In this document: positions 20,649-30,901 of the stretch, piece after piece
Numbering within the stretch: position 1 is the stretch's first letter
How the letters are laid out: the number at the start of each line of letters is the position of its first letter
Source: Nitriliruptorales bacterium
Lineage (GTDB): Bacteria > Actinomycetota > Nitriliruptoria > Nitriliruptorales > Nitriliruptoraceae
Assembly: GCA_038233055.1 (NCBI GenBank)
Contig: JBBSMS010000002.1
Coordinates: 17,468-81,467 of the forward strand
Reading direction: 5' to 3'
DNA: 64,000 nt
The notes under the pieces: generated by a model
What the model saw: only the letters and a program-made list of their open reading frames with translations
Told to the model about the DNA's origin: nothing
Database searches by the model: none
Translations under genes and position numbers: made by a program

Positions 20649-21175
20649 TGGCTCGCGCGCTGGTGATCGGACTGGTCATGGTCGTCGTGGCCCTGGTGGA
20701 GGTGTCGATCCTGCCGGTGCTGACCGTGTCGGGGTTCACGCCCGACCTGTTGCTGTTGCTGGTGATCGCGTTCGCACTGGACGACGGCGCCCTGTCCGGT
20801 GTCCGGGTGGCGTTGCCGGCCGGGCTGCTGACCGACCTGTTGTCGTCGACCGCCCCGCTGGGGCTGTCGGCGCTGATCTACCTGGGCGTCGGCTACGGGG
20901 TGGGGGCCGCCCGCCCGTACCTCGCGCCCGAGTCGCTGACCGCGCCGACCCTGTTCGCCGGCGCCGGGACGTTCCTGGGTGTCGGCGGATACGGGCTGCT
21001 GTCGGCGCTTCTGGCGCAGAAGTCGGCGTCGGCGTTGTTGATCGCCGAGGCGTCGTTGGTGGCCACCGTCTATGCGATCCTGCTCGCGCCGGGAGCCTTC
21101 GCACTGACTCGCTACGTTGACCGACAGTTCCCGATCGAGGTTCCGACGTCCTCCAACGTGGGTGCCGGGGGCTGA
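20648..21175 (+). CDS. mreD: Rod shape-determining protein MreD
   Basis: TGATG overlap with mreC; hydrophobic, PDLLLLLV..AL; between mreC and mrdA. Confidence 0.88.
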   Translation: MARALVIGLVMVVVALVEVSILPVLTVSGFTPDLLLLLVIAFALDDGALSGVRVALPAGLLTDLLSSTAPLGLSALIYLGVGYGVGAARPYLAPESLTAPTLFAGAGTFLGVGGYGLLSALLAQKSASALLIAEASLVATVYAILLAPGAFALTRYVDRQFPIEVPTSSNVGAGG

Positions 21176-21284
21176 GTTCCGACCACCGGGGCGGGTCGGC
21201 GTGGACCGGGTGCCGCACCGTCGACCGTCGGTCCCCACGCCCGTTCGTCGCGCCGAGTCGTCCCCGAACCGCAGGTCCGTTGCC

Positions 21285-23408
21285 ATGGCCACCGACGAGT
21301 ACTCCCCGGGCCTCCGCCTGAGCATGCTCACCATCGTGATGGTAGGGCTGCTCATGGCGTTGACCTCGCGGTTGTACTACCTGCAGGTGTTGACCGGCGA
21401 CATCTTCGAGGACCTGTCGGTGTCCAACCGGACCACCCAGGTCACCTCCGAGGCACCGCGCGGACGGTTGCTGGCCGCCGACGGCAGCGAACTGGTCCGC
21501 AACCGGATCGCGCTGGCCGTCAGCGTCGAACGCGACCGCTTCCTGGACGCCGCCGGCGAACCACTCGACGACCCTCCCGTGACCGCGGCGATCACGCGTC
21601 TGGCGTCGTTGTTGGACGTCGAGGAGGCCGACCTCGTCGAGTCGATGCAGTCGCTGGCCCGATCCGTCTTCCGGCCCGTGCCGGTGGCCGTCGACGTCGC
21701 TCCCGAGGTCGTCTTTGCCGTGCAGGAACACCCCGAGCTGTTCCCCGGCGTCGTCGCCGAACGCCTGCCCATCCGCGAGTACCCCCAGGGCCAGGTCGCC
21801 GCGCACCTCGTCGGCTACATCGGCGAGATCCAGGACCGCCAGCTCGGCACCGAGGAGTGGTCCGGCTTCGACGCCGGGGACATCATCGGCCAGGCCGGGA
21901 TGGAGCGGGTCTACGACCAGGCCCTGCAGGGCACCGAGGGCGTCCGCCGGATCGAGGTCAACGCCAGCAACACCATGGTCGGGGAGTTGTCCAACAGTCC
22001 GCCCATCCGTGGCAACGACGTCGTGCTGACGCTCGACCCTGACCTGCAATCATCCGTCGAGGAGATCCTCGAGGACGGCATCATGACGGCGCGCGCCGAG
22101 TTCACCTACCAGTTGGACGACGAGTCGGAGGTGCCGGTCGAGGCGACGGGCGGGGCCGCGATCGTGATGGACCCACGCACGGGCGACATCAAGGCGATGG
22201 CGTCGTACCCCACGTTCGACCCGCGGGGGCTGGCGTCCGGGTCCCCGGACTACTTCGAGTACGTGTTCGACAACGACAACGTGTGGGGTCGCCCCGGTCT
22301 CAACCGTGCCGTCGGCGGCACCTATCCGCCGGCCTCGGTGTGGAAGATCGTGTCCGGACTGGGAGCCCTGCGCGACCGCCAGGCCGGCGACCGACGAGGC
22401 GGGATCACCCCCGACACCGAGATCGAATGCCCGGCCTCGCTGGAGGTGGGCGGGCGCGAGTTCAACAACTGGAACCCGAAGCCGGAGGGCGAGATGGACC
22501 TCGCACAGGCCCTCATGCGCTCCTGCGACACCTTCTTCTACCAGTTGGCCGCCGACCAGTGGGCCCAGGAACGGGCCCAGGAGTCCGACGGCGTCCCGGT
22601 TGACGAGATCACCGAGGTCTACGGTGACACAGCCCGCGAACTGGGCTTCGGCGACCAGGTCGGGCTCGACATCCCGCAGGAGGCCAGCGGGGTCATCCCC
22701 GGTCGCGAGTGGCGCTTGAACTACTGGTTCGACACCAAGGACCTGAGTGTGGCCGGCGGCGACTCCATCAACGGGTCGTGCACGATGGCCAACGACATCC
22801 TGGACCCGGAGGACCAGAACTGGGAGCTGTTCCGGGACCTGTGCATTTCCGGCGGGATCTGGCGCGGAGGTGACGCGGTGAACATGTCGATCGGGCAGGG
22901 TGACGTGCTGGTGACGCCGTTGCAGGTCGCCACGTCCTACGCCGGCATGGCCAACCGCGGCACGATCATGAAGCCGAAGCTGGGCAAGGAGATCCGCGAC
23001 CCGTCCGGGGACGTCATCGAGGTCATCGAGCCCGAGGTGCTCCACGACCTGCAGGCGCCTGGTGCCTGGTGGGACGAACTCCAGCAGGGCCTCGAGGACG
23101 TCGTCATGTCTGACCGGGGCACCGGTCGGGTGCCCTTCGAAGGGTTCCCGCTGGGGCGCTACCCGATCGCGGGCAAGACCGGGACGGGCCAGGCCGGCTT
23201 CAACGCGGCCGAGGACCGTGACAACGTGCCGTTCTCGTGGTTCGCCTCCTACGCCCCGGCCGACGACCCCGAGTACGTCGTCGTCGTGATGATCGAGCGC
23301 GGTGGTGGCGGGTCCCAGACATCGGCTCCGATCGTGCGCAGCATCTACGAGAAGATCTTCGACCTGAAGGGGACCGAGATCCAGGCCGGCCCGGACGACG
23401 TCGACTGA
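21285..23408 (+). CDS. mrdA: Penicillin-binding protein 2
   Basis: N-terminal TM, APRG dimerisation domain, SxxK (SVWK), SCD and KTGT motifs. Confidence 0.93.
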   Translation: MATDEYSPGLRLSMLTIVMVGLLMALTSRLYYLQVLTGDIFEDLSVSNRTTQVTSEAPRGRLLAADGSELVRNRIALAVSVERDRFLDAAGEPLDDPPVTAAITRLASLLDVEEADLVESMQSLARSVFRPVPVAVDVAPEVVFAVQEHPELFPGVVAERLPIREYPQGQVAAHLVGYIGEIQDRQLGTEEWSGFDAGDIIGQAGMERVYDQALQGTEGVRRIEVNASNTMVGELSNSPPIRGNDVVLTLDPDLQSSVEEILEDGIMTARAEFTYQLDDESEVPVEATGGAAIVMDPRTGDIKAMASYPTFDPRGLASGSPDYFEYVFDNDNVWGRPGLNRAVGGTYPPASVWKIVSGLGALRDRQAGDRRGGITPDTEIECPASLEVGGREFNNWNPKPEGEMDLAQALMRSCDTFFYQLAADQWAQERAQESDGVPVDEITEVYGDTARELGFGDQVGLDIPQEASGVIPGREWRLNYWFDTKDLSVAGGDSINGSCTMANDILDPEDQNWELFRDLCISGGIWRGGDAVNMSIGQGDVLVTPLQVATSYAGMANRGTIMKPKLGKEIRDPSGDVIEVIEPEVLHDLQAPGAWWDELQQGLEDVVMSDRGTGRVPFEGFPLGRYPIAGKTGTGQAGFNAAEDRDNVPFSWFASYAPADDPEYVVVVMIERGGGGSQTSAPIVRSIYEKIFDLKGTEIQAGPDDVD

Positions 23409-24595
23409 TGGCCTCCTCCACCTACGGCGACGACCGCACCCGACGGATCATGCGTAAGCAGGTCCAGAGCCGATGGATGCGTGCCTACGAGCCGATCCGC
23501 CACCTCGACCCGATCCTGGTCGGGACCGCGCTCCTGTTGGCCGGCATCGGCGTGGCGCTGATCTACTCGGCGACCACCACCCGCGTCGGCCAGGGCGGCG
23601 ACCCCAGCCTGGGGTTCGTGTGGCGCCAGTTGCTGGCCTTCGGCCTGGGCGGGCTCGGGATGGTCGTGGCCGCCGTGTTGGACTATCGCTGGATCCGCGG
23701 CCTCGCGCCGTTGCTGTACGGGTTGTCGATCGTGCTGCTGGCGATCGTGCTGGTCCCGTCGGTGGGGACACTGGTCAACGGGTCGCGCCGCTGGATCAGC
23801 CTGGGCGGCTTCAACCTCCAACCTTCCGAAGTAGCCAAGATCGCGGTGATCATCGCGATCGCGGCCCTGTTGTACGAGCGTGGCGGCGAGCCGACGATCG
23901 GCACGCTGCTGGCGTGCCTGGCGTTGGCCGGCATCCCGGCGGGCCTGATCTTCCTCGAACCGGACCTGGGCTCGGCGATCGTGATCGTGTGGTTGCTGTT
24001 CGTGATGTTCCTGGTCGGTGGACTGCCGCTGCGATGGCTGGCCGGGCTGGCCGTCGGGGGGATCGGGGCGGTCGCGTATGCCTTCATCGGCGGCTTCATC
24101 AAGAGCTACCAACTCGAGCGGCTCACGGCGTTCCTCGACCAGGGAAACAGCGCCCAGGCCGGCGACGCGCTGTACCAGCTCAACCAGTCCATGATCGCCA
24201 TCGGCTCCGGCCAACTTGCCGGCCAGGGGTTCCGACAGGGGACCCAGAACGCGGCCGCCTTCATTCCGGAGAACCACACCGACTTCATCTTCACCGTCGT
24301 GGGGGAGGAGTTCGGCTTCGTCGGCTCGCTGGTGCTGCTGGCCCTGTTCGCCGTGCTGATGTGGCGCGGTTTGCGGATCGCCATGATCGCCAAGGACCTC
24401 TTCGGATCGATCGTGGCCTCGGCGATCGTGGGGCTGCTCGGGCTGCAGGTGTTCGTCAACGTCGGCATGACGATCGGGATCGCCCCCATCACCGGCATCC
24501 CGTTGCCGTTCGTCAGCTATGGCGGGACCTCGTTGATCATGTGGTTCGCGCTGGTCGGGCTGTTGCTCAACATCCACATGCGGCGATTCCGGTAG
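23408..24595 (+). CDS. rodA: Rod shape-determining protein RodA (SEDS)
   Basis: RRWI.LGGFNLQPSE.AK, EPDLG, PENHTDFIF and PFVSYGG. Confidence 0.95.
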   Translation: MASSTYGDDRTRRIMRKQVQSRWMRAYEPIRHLDPILVGTALLLAGIGVALIYSATTTRVGQGGDPSLGFVWRQLLAFGLGGLGMVVAAVLDYRWIRGLAPLLYGLSIVLLAIVLVPSVGTLVNGSRRWISLGGFNLQPSEVAKIAVIIAIAALLYERGGEPTIGTLLACLALAGIPAGLIFLEPDLGSAIVIVWLLFVMFLVGGLPLRWLAGLAVGGIGAVAYAFIGGFIKSYQLERLTAFLDQGNSAQAGDALYQLNQSMIAIGSGQLAGQGFRQGTQNAAAFIPENHTDFIFTVVGEEFGFVGSLVLLALFAVLMWRGLRIAMIAKDLFGSIVASAIVGLLGLQVFVNVGMTIGIAPITGIPLPFVSYGGTSLIMWFALVGLLLNIHMRRFR

Positions 24596-24853
24596 GCGTC
24601 TGTCCTCGTTCCTCGGACAGATTGCAGGACTCGCTGTGCTCGTTCTGCGGGGCTTGCGTCGGGGCCGGTCGCATTCGGGTTGACGAGTGGCCGGGGTGAG
24701 TGGTGGCGGAGGTCGTGCGCTAGCCTGACGGCACGACGTCGGCAGGTGGTCGAGCCGCTCCGTGGCCGTCCGACACCCCCCGTCACGAACGTCGCCGCGA
24801 CACGTCGCAGCGCCGATCGCCGCCGGCCCCACGACCACACAACGGAGCGCCAC

Positions 24854-26914
24854 ATGTGCGCTGCAGCCCTGACCATCCCCAGCCACCTCGACGCCGACCT
24901 CGCCGCCATCCGACGGCCGCACGACCCCCAGGTCCCGCCGTCGTACTGGGACGTGCTCGAGCCGGTGCTGCCGAAGGTGTCGCAGCCGGCGCAGTACGTG
25001 GGTGGCGAGCACAACATGTCGGTGACCCCGTGGGCCGACGCCCGGACGCGATGGCTGCTGTGCTACCCGGACACCTACGCGATCGGCCAGCCCAACCAGG
25101 GCATCCAGATCCTCTACGAGTTGCTCAACGAGCGCGCGACCAGCCTTGCCGAGCGGGCCTACGCACCCTGGTTCGACCTCGAGGAGGAGATGCGGGCGCG
25201 CGGCATCCCGACCTTCTCGCTCGAACACCACTACCCGCTGTGGGCCTTCGACGTGTTCGGGGTCACCCTCCCGCACGAACTGGGTCACACCAACCTGCTG
25301 AACCTGCTCGACCTGGGCGGGGTGCCGATCCGCACGGCCGACCGGACGCTGGACCATCCGATCGTGCTGGCCGGCGGCCATGCGGCGTTCAACCCCGAGC
25401 CGCTCGCGCCCTTCCTTGACGCGGTCGTCATGGGCGACGGCGAGGAAGCCGTGCTGGAGATCGACGACGTGCTGGCCACGGCCAAGGCCGACCGTGCCGC
25501 CGGCCGGCTGACGTCGCGCGTGCAGCTGCTGGAGCGGCTGTCGGGGGTGACCGGCGTCTACGTCCCGTCGTTCTACGAACCGCGCTACGCCCCGGACGGC
25601 CGGTTGCGCGCCACCGTCGCCACGCACCCCGGCACGCCGCCGCGCGTGCCCAAGAGGACCGTGCAGGACCTCGAGGACTTCCCCTACCCCCAGAAGCAGA
25701 TCGTGCCCATGACCGAGACCGTCCACGAGCGCTTCTCGGTCGAGATCTTCCGCGGCTGCACCCGCGGTTGCCGCTTCTGCCAGGCCGGCATGATCACCCG
25801 ACCGGTCCGCGAACGCCGTCCCGAGACGATCCAGAAGTTGGTGACCGAGGGCGTCGAGGACACCGGGTTCGAGGAGGTCGGGCTGCTGAGCCTGTCGTCG
25901 GCGGACCACGCCGACATCGGCGACATCGCCCGCAACCTGGCCGACACCTATGAAGGCACCACGACCTCGCTGTCGCTGCCGTCGACCCGGGTGGACGCCT
26001 TCAACGTGACCCTGTCCAACGAGTTGGCGCGCAACGGTCGCCGCACCGGGCTGACCTTCGCCCCGGAGGCCGGCAGCGAACGCATGCGGGCGGTCATCAA
26101 CAAGATGGTGTCCGAAGAAGACATGCTCCGCACCGCCGAGATCGCCTTCGCCAACGGCTGGCGCCACGTCAAGATGTACTTCATGGTGGGCCTGCCAACC
26201 GAGCGCGACGAGGACGTGGAGGCGATCGCCCACCTCGGCATCAAGGTCTACGAGATCGCCCAGAAGCACGGCCGCGGCAACAAGGCGACCGTGTCGGTCG
26301 GCGGCTTCGTGCCCAAGCCCCACACCCCGTTCCAGTGGGCGGCCCAGGACACGCCCGAGGAGATCCAGCGCAAGCTCGACCTCGTGCTGGAGATCATCAA
26401 GCCCTACAAGGGCCTGCGGTTGCGCACCAACGATCCGCAGGAAGGCGTGATCGAGGGACTGCTGGCCCGGGGTGACCGTCGCGTCGCGCCGGTCGTCGAG
26501 CGCGCCTGGCGCCTGGGTGCGACCTTCGACGGCTGGCACGAGTCCGACACCCTGCCGCACTGGCATCGGGCGATCGCCGACAGCGGGCTGTCCCTGGACG
26601 ACCTGTCCCACCACGAGCGCGACGAGCACGAGGCGTTCCCGTGGGACCACCTCGACGCCGGGCTCGACAAGCAGTGGCTGTGGGACGACTGGGTCGACGC
26701 GATCGCCGAGAAGCCGCTGGACGACTGCCGCTGGATCCCGTGCTACGACTGCGGGGTCTGCCCCGGCCTCGACATCGCCCACGACACCGGTTACACGAAC
26801 CCGGAGACGCGCGGACCGACCCTGCCGATCTTCGCCGGCGGGCCCGCGACCGGTCCATTGGGCGGCAGCCCCGACCTGCCCACGTCGGCGGCTCGCCTGG
26901 ACGGAGGCGCCTGA
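24854..26914 (+). CDS. TIGR03960-type radical SAM protein
   Basis: CxxxCxxC (CTRGCRFC), FAPEAGSERMR..INK and FVPKPHTPFQW. Confidence 0.9.
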   Translation: MCAAALTIPSHLDADLAAIRRPHDPQVPPSYWDVLEPVLPKVSQPAQYVGGEHNMSVTPWADARTRWLLCYPDTYAIGQPNQGIQILYELLNERATSLAERAYAPWFDLEEEMRARGIPTFSLEHHYPLWAFDVFGVTLPHELGHTNLLNLLDLGGVPIRTADRTLDHPIVLAGGHAAFNPEPLAPFLDAVVMGDGEEAVLEIDDVLATAKADRAAGRLTSRVQLLERLSGVTGVYVPSFYEPRYAPDGRLRATVATHPGTPPRVPKRTVQDLEDFPYPQKQIVPMTETVHERFSVEIFRGCTRGCRFCQAGMITRPVRERRPETIQKLVTEGVEDTGFEEVGLLSLSSADHADIGDIARNLADTYEGTTTSLSLPSTRVDAFNVTLSNELARNGRRTGLTFAPEAGSERMRAVINKMVSEEDMLRTAEIAFANGWRHVKMYFMVGLPTERDEDVEAIAHLGIKVYEIAQKHGRGNKATVSVGGFVPKPHTPFQWAAQDTPEEIQRKLDLVLEIIKPYKGLRLRTNDPQEGVIEGLLARGDRRVAPVVERAWRLGATFDGWHESDTLPHWHRAIADSGLSLDDLSHHERDEHEAFPWDHLDAGLDKQWLWDDWVDAIAEKPLDDCRWIPCYDCGVCPGLDIAHDTGYTNPETRGPTLPIFAGGPATGPLGGSPDLPTSAARLDGGA

Positions 26915-27682
26915 ATGCGACTCCGGATCCGCTACACCAAGCTCGGCCGCGTGCGGTTCATCTCCGCACGCGATCTCAGTTCGGTGTGGGAACGGGCGAT
27001 CCGGCGTGCGAAGGTCCCCATCGCCTACTCGCAGGGGTTCACCCCGCACCCGAAGGTGTCCTTCCCGGACGCCCTGCCGGTCGGGTATGCGTCCACCGGC
27101 GAGTACGCCGAACTGACGCTGGCGAGCGAGATCGACCCCGGCCTCGGGCTCGCGCGATTGTCGGCCGCGCTGCCCACCGGGATGGACATCACCACTTACC
27201 TGGTCGTGGCCGACGGGTCACCCCGGCTGGCCAAGTACCTGCAGGCGACCCTGTGGGAAACGGCCTGGCCGGCCACGACGCCCGACGAGGCCGTGGACCT
27301 GGCCGACGAACTGCGCCGGCGCGGCGACGCGCTGTTGGCGGCCGAGGCGGTCGAGGTCGTTCGCCACCGCCCCAAGGGCGACAAGGTGCTGGACGTGCGA
27401 CCCCCCCTGGCCGCGGTTGCCGCCGCCCCGGCGCCCGCCGATCCCGGCACCCCCCCGAACACCACTTTTGCCACCTTCCGTGCGGTCCTCCGCAACGACG
27501 GTCCTACCATCCGACCGGCCGACCTCGTGGTCGCGCTCGATTCCCTCGGTGACATGCCCCTGCCGGAACCCCGCCTGTACACGCGGGTCGCGCAGGGACG
27601 CATCGTTGACGACGGGATCCTCGAGGCGTTCACGCAGCAGGTCCAAGCCCTGGATGCGGGACGCCAAGTGGAGGCCGCCTGA
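26915..27682 (+). CDS. TIGR03936-type radical SAM-associated protein
   Basis: MRLRIRY.K.G..RFIS.RD...ERA.RRA..PIAYSQGF.PHPK.SF..ALP.G..S.GEY. Confidence 0.9.
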   Translation: MRLRIRYTKLGRVRFISARDLSSVWERAIRRAKVPIAYSQGFTPHPKVSFPDALPVGYASTGEYAELTLASEIDPGLGLARLSAALPTGMDITTYLVVADGSPRLAKYLQATLWETAWPATTPDEAVDLADELRRRGDALLAAEAVEVVRHRPKGDKVLDVRPPLAAVAAAPAPADPGTPPNTTFATFRAVLRNDGPTIRPADLVVALDSLGDMPLPEPRLYTRVAQGRIVDDGILEAFTQQVQALDAGRQVEAA

Positions 27683-27696
27683 CAAGCGAGCCTGAC

Positions 27697-29610
27697 GTGC
27701 CCACCAACGATCATGCCCCCGCGGCCGACATCGACACGACGTCGCCCGACGTCACCGCCACCTCCGATTCCGATCGATCCTCCGATTCCTCGTCGTCCGG
27801 GTCCGACGCGTCGTCCGGGTCCGACGCGTCGTCCCGCTCCGGCGGGCGCCGCCGTCGTGGCCGTCGAGGCGGCCGTGGACGTGGCGGGTCCGAAGCTGGA
27901 TCGGGGTCCGACACCACCTCGTCATCCGATGACGAGCAGTCCTCGTCCTCCACGCGCCGGGGGGGCCGCCGTGGCGGTCGCCGCGGCTCCGGCGGCGGTC
28001 GTGGGTCGAAGGGGTCGTCGGGTGGTGGGTCGAAGAAAGGCACCCGCAACGGATCCAGTTCTGGCGGTGGCTCCATGGACGGTTCGTCGGGCTCCGGTTC
28101 GGGCGGCTCCGGTTCGTCCCGGTCGTCGGGCTCCGGGTCGTCGGGCTCCGGGTCGTCCGGCGCCGCGTCCTCTGGTTCCGGGTCGTCCCGCGACGGCCGC
28201 GGCGCCGGCACGCGCATGGCCGCCAAGAAGCAGCGTCGCTCCGGTGGTCGCCACGTGGCGGGGATCTCCGAGGACCTTCGGCAGGCCCTGCGCAGTGGTC
28301 CGCCCAAGACCATGCTCGTGTCGGCCGACGGCGATCGCACCCAGATCGCCGTGCTCGAGGAACGCACCCTGGTCGAACACCACGTGACCAACGTCGCCGA
28401 CAAGACCCTGGTCGGCAACATCTACATGGCCCGGGTCCAGAACGTCCTTCCGGGCATGGAGGCCGCGTTCCTGGACATCGGGACCGGGCGCAACGGGGTG
28501 CTGTATGCGGGCGAGGTGCTCTACGACGACCTCGACGTCGAGGAGGGCTCGTCGCCGCGGATCGAGGACGCCCTGTCGCCGGGCCAGAAGGTGCTGGTCC
28601 AGGTCACCAAGGACGCGATGGGCACCAAGGGCCCGCGGTTGACCATGCAGTTGTCGCTGGCCGGTCGATACACGGTGCTGGCCCCCAACTCGGACGTGTT
28701 CGGGATCTCGCGCAAACTGACCGACAAGGAACGCGACCGCCTGCGCACCGTCGTCAAGAAGGTCAAGCCGTCCGAGCACGGGGTCATCGTGCGGACCGCG
28801 GCCGAGGACGCCCCCGCCGAACAGCTCGAGGCGGACCTGTCTCGGCTCCTGCGCGTGTGGGCCACCATCGAGGAGAAGGCCAGCACGGCCAAGGCCCTGA
28901 CGCCGGTGTACGAGGAGCCCCCGCTGCACGTGAAGCTGGTGCGGGACAGCTTCGGGGCCGACTACGAACACGCCATCATCGATGACGCCGGCATCCACGA
29001 CGCGGTCGTGGAGTACCTCGGCGAGGTCACGCCCACCGACCGCTCCAGCGATGCCGAGAAGGTCCAGCTCTACGGTGCCGCACGGTGGGAGCGCGAGCAC
29101 CCCGACGCGGCCGAGGACGACGAACGGCCCCGCTTCGCCGACCTGTTCGACGCCTACAACGTGACCGAACAGCTCCGCAAGGCGTTGTCGCGCAAGGTCT
29201 GGCTGCCGTCCGGTGGCTACCTCATCGTCGAGGTCACCGAGGCGATGAAGGTCATCGACGTCAACACCGGCAAGTACACCGGTGGGAAGCGCTCCAACCT
29301 CGAGGAGGTCGTGTTCAAGACCAACCTCGAGGCTGCCGAGGAGATCGTGCGCCAACTCCGCCTCCGAGACATGGGCGGCATCATCATCATCGACTTCATC
29401 GACATGCTCAAGAAGGCCAACCAGGACCAGGTCGTCGCCACGCTGAAGCGCGAACTGCTGCGCGACCGCACCAAGACCCGCGTGTCCGACGTGTCCCGCC
29501 TTGGCCTGGTGCAGATGACCCGCAAGAACGTGTCACACGGGCTGATCGAGTCCTTCGGCCACCGCTGCACCACCTGCGACGGCACCGGCTGGACCACCGA
29601 GTTCGACTGA
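27697..29610 (+). CDS. rne: Ribonuclease E/G family
   Basis: S1 domain (GNIY.ARV.NVLPGMEAAF.DIG), IDVNTG, DMGGIIIIDFIDM and C..C.G.G; Ser/Gly/Arg-rich N-terminal extension with an 18-bp tandem repeat at 27799-27834. Confidence 0.95.
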   Translation: MPTNDHAPAADIDTTSPDVTATSDSDRSSDSSSSGSDASSGSDASSRSGGRRRRGRRGGRGRGGSEAGSGSDTTSSSDDEQSSSSTRRGGRRGGRRGSGGGRGSKGSSGGGSKKGTRNGSSSGGGSMDGSSGSGSGGSGSSRSSGSGSSGSGSSGAASSGSGSSRDGRGAGTRMAAKKQRRSGGRHVAGISEDLRQALRSGPPKTMLVSADGDRTQIAVLEERTLVEHHVTNVADKTLVGNIYMARVQNVLPGMEAAFLDIGTGRNGVLYAGEVLYDDLDVEEGSSPRIEDALSPGQKVLVQVTKDAMGTKGPRLTMQLSLAGRYTVLAPNSDVFGISRKLTDKERDRLRTVVKKVKPSEHGVIVRTAAEDAPAEQLEADLSRLLRVWATIEEKASTAKALTPVYEEPPLHVKLVRDSFGADYEHAIIDDAGIHDAVVEYLGEVTPTDRSSDAEKVQLYGAARWEREHPDAAEDDERPRFADLFDAYNVTEQLRKALSRKVWLPSGGYLIVEVTEAMKVIDVNTGKYTGGKRSNLEEVVFKTNLEAAEEIVRQLRLRDMGGIIIIDFIDMLKKANQDQVVATLKRELLRDRTKTRVSDVSRLGLVQMTRKNVSHGLIESFGHRCTTCDGTGWTTEFD

Positions 29611-29666
29611 CCGGGACCCCACCTCCCACCCTGCCCCACCTCGAAACGCACCCCCCACCCCGTCGA

Positions 29667-29789
29667 GTGGGCGTGGAACCGGCAACCACCTGCCGGATCG
29701 ACACCCGTTGGGCGGCCGCGGGTGGTCATCATCGTCCAGTCCCGTTGAGTGGGTGTGGAATCGGCAGCGGCATGCCGGATCGACGCCCG
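29667..29789. repeat. Two 41-bp palindromic repeats (family 1) separated by a 41-bp spacer
   Basis: 29667-29707 GTGGGCGTGGAACCGGCAACCACCTGCCGGATCGACACCCG and 29749-29789 GTGGGTGTGGAATCGGCAGCGGCATGCCGGATCGACGCCCG. Confidence 0.85.
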
Positions 29790-29833
29790 GCTTGCCCGCC
29801 GCGGGGGCCCGCCGGTCCCCGGACCTCGCAGGA

Positions 29834-30754
29834 TCAGGCCGTCTTGGCCAGGGCTCGGCTGACCTCGGCCACGAGGTCCAGTGGTTCCTCGTGCAGTCGC
29901 CGCCAGGTCACCCACACGATCTCCCAGCCAACTCCGCGCAGTTCACGCCAGCGCACGCGATCACGTTCAAACGCGCCTTGTGACGAGTGGAAGGCGTACC
30001 CGTCGCACTCCACGGCGACGCGGCCCCCCACCACGAGGTCGACGGACAGTCGACCGCCGCGTGTGGCCACCACCACGGGCCCTGACGAGACCTCCAGTCC
30101 CTGGGTGAGCAGCAGACGTCGACACCGGTGTTCCAGGATCGAGTCGGGATTGCCGGCACCAACCTCCGCGATGGCCGTGCGGACATTCGCGGCGCCGCGA
30201 ACGGTTGGCCGGCGTTCGAGTTGACCTGTCACCTCGTCGACCGTCAGCAGGCGCCGCTGCCTGGCCGCGAGCAGCAACCCCTCGACCCTCCACCTCGGGA
30301 CGGAACCTGCAACGTCGAGGATCGACCTGGCCGCCGTCGTCACTCGCAGCCCGTCCACCACGGTCCGGTCGCGGCCGTCGAGTCGGCGTGAGCGGTGTCG
30401 GAGGACGCCGGTGGGGGCGTCGGCCGACCTCCCATGGGGGATGACCACATGGATGCGGCAATCGTGTTCCGGTTGGTCGCGCAGGTCGAGCAGGTCGAGC
30501 GCCGTGTCGTGGCTGAGCAACCCGTCCGGCCGGAAGACCGCCAACGCCGCATGCTGTCGAGTCGTCGGGGTGGTGGGGCACCCGGCGAGCAACCAGGCTC
30601 CTGCACCCAGGGACGACCACCCATCGCGCTCCGCCCGGGCTCGGAACGACCGTTCGGGAACGCCGTGCTCCCGCGCGTTGTCGAGCGTGACGACGCCACC
30701 TCGACGGGCCGCCGAGGCGAACACTGCGGGCCATCCGCCCATCTCGTTCGACAT
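29834..30754 (-). CDS. AbiEi-like N-terminal / DUF559 (Vsr-like PD-(D/E)XK) endonuclease-domain protein
   Basis: AARRGGVVT...G and LSH.TA..L; C-terminal VDLVV..RVAVECDG.AFH....FERD..R..L...GW....VTW. Confidence 0.88.
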   Translation of the reverse strand: MSNEMGGWPAVFASAARRGGVVTLDNAREHGVPERSFRARAERDGWSSLGAGAWLLAGCPTTPTTRQHAALAVFRPDGLLSHDTALDLLDLRDQPEHDCRIHVVIPHGRSADAPTGVLRHRSRRLDGRDRTVVDGLRVTTAARSILDVAGSVPRWRVEGLLLAARQRRLLTVDEVTGQLERRPTVRGAANVRTAIAEVGAGNPDSILEHRCRRLLLTQGLEVSSGPVVVATRGGRLSVDLVVGGRVAVECDGYAFHSSQGAFERDRVRWRELRGVGWEIVWVTWRRLHEEPLDLVAEVSRALAKTA

Positions 30755-30901
30755 GACCACGACCATGCCCTCGGATCGACGAGGCGAGCAGACCCATCAT
30801 CGTCGTTGTGGATGGCCTGCAGCGGCCACGACCGGCGACCACCGTCAGCACCGGCCGCGCCCACGTCCTGTCGAATCCGCCGATCCTGCAGAACCTGCCG
30901 C

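Noticed and set aside
24612-24646. Similarity between the rodA 3' intergenic region (minus strand) and ~63025-63047
   Set aside because: Only GAGC.CAGCGAG…CAAT is shared; too short to support a repeat family.
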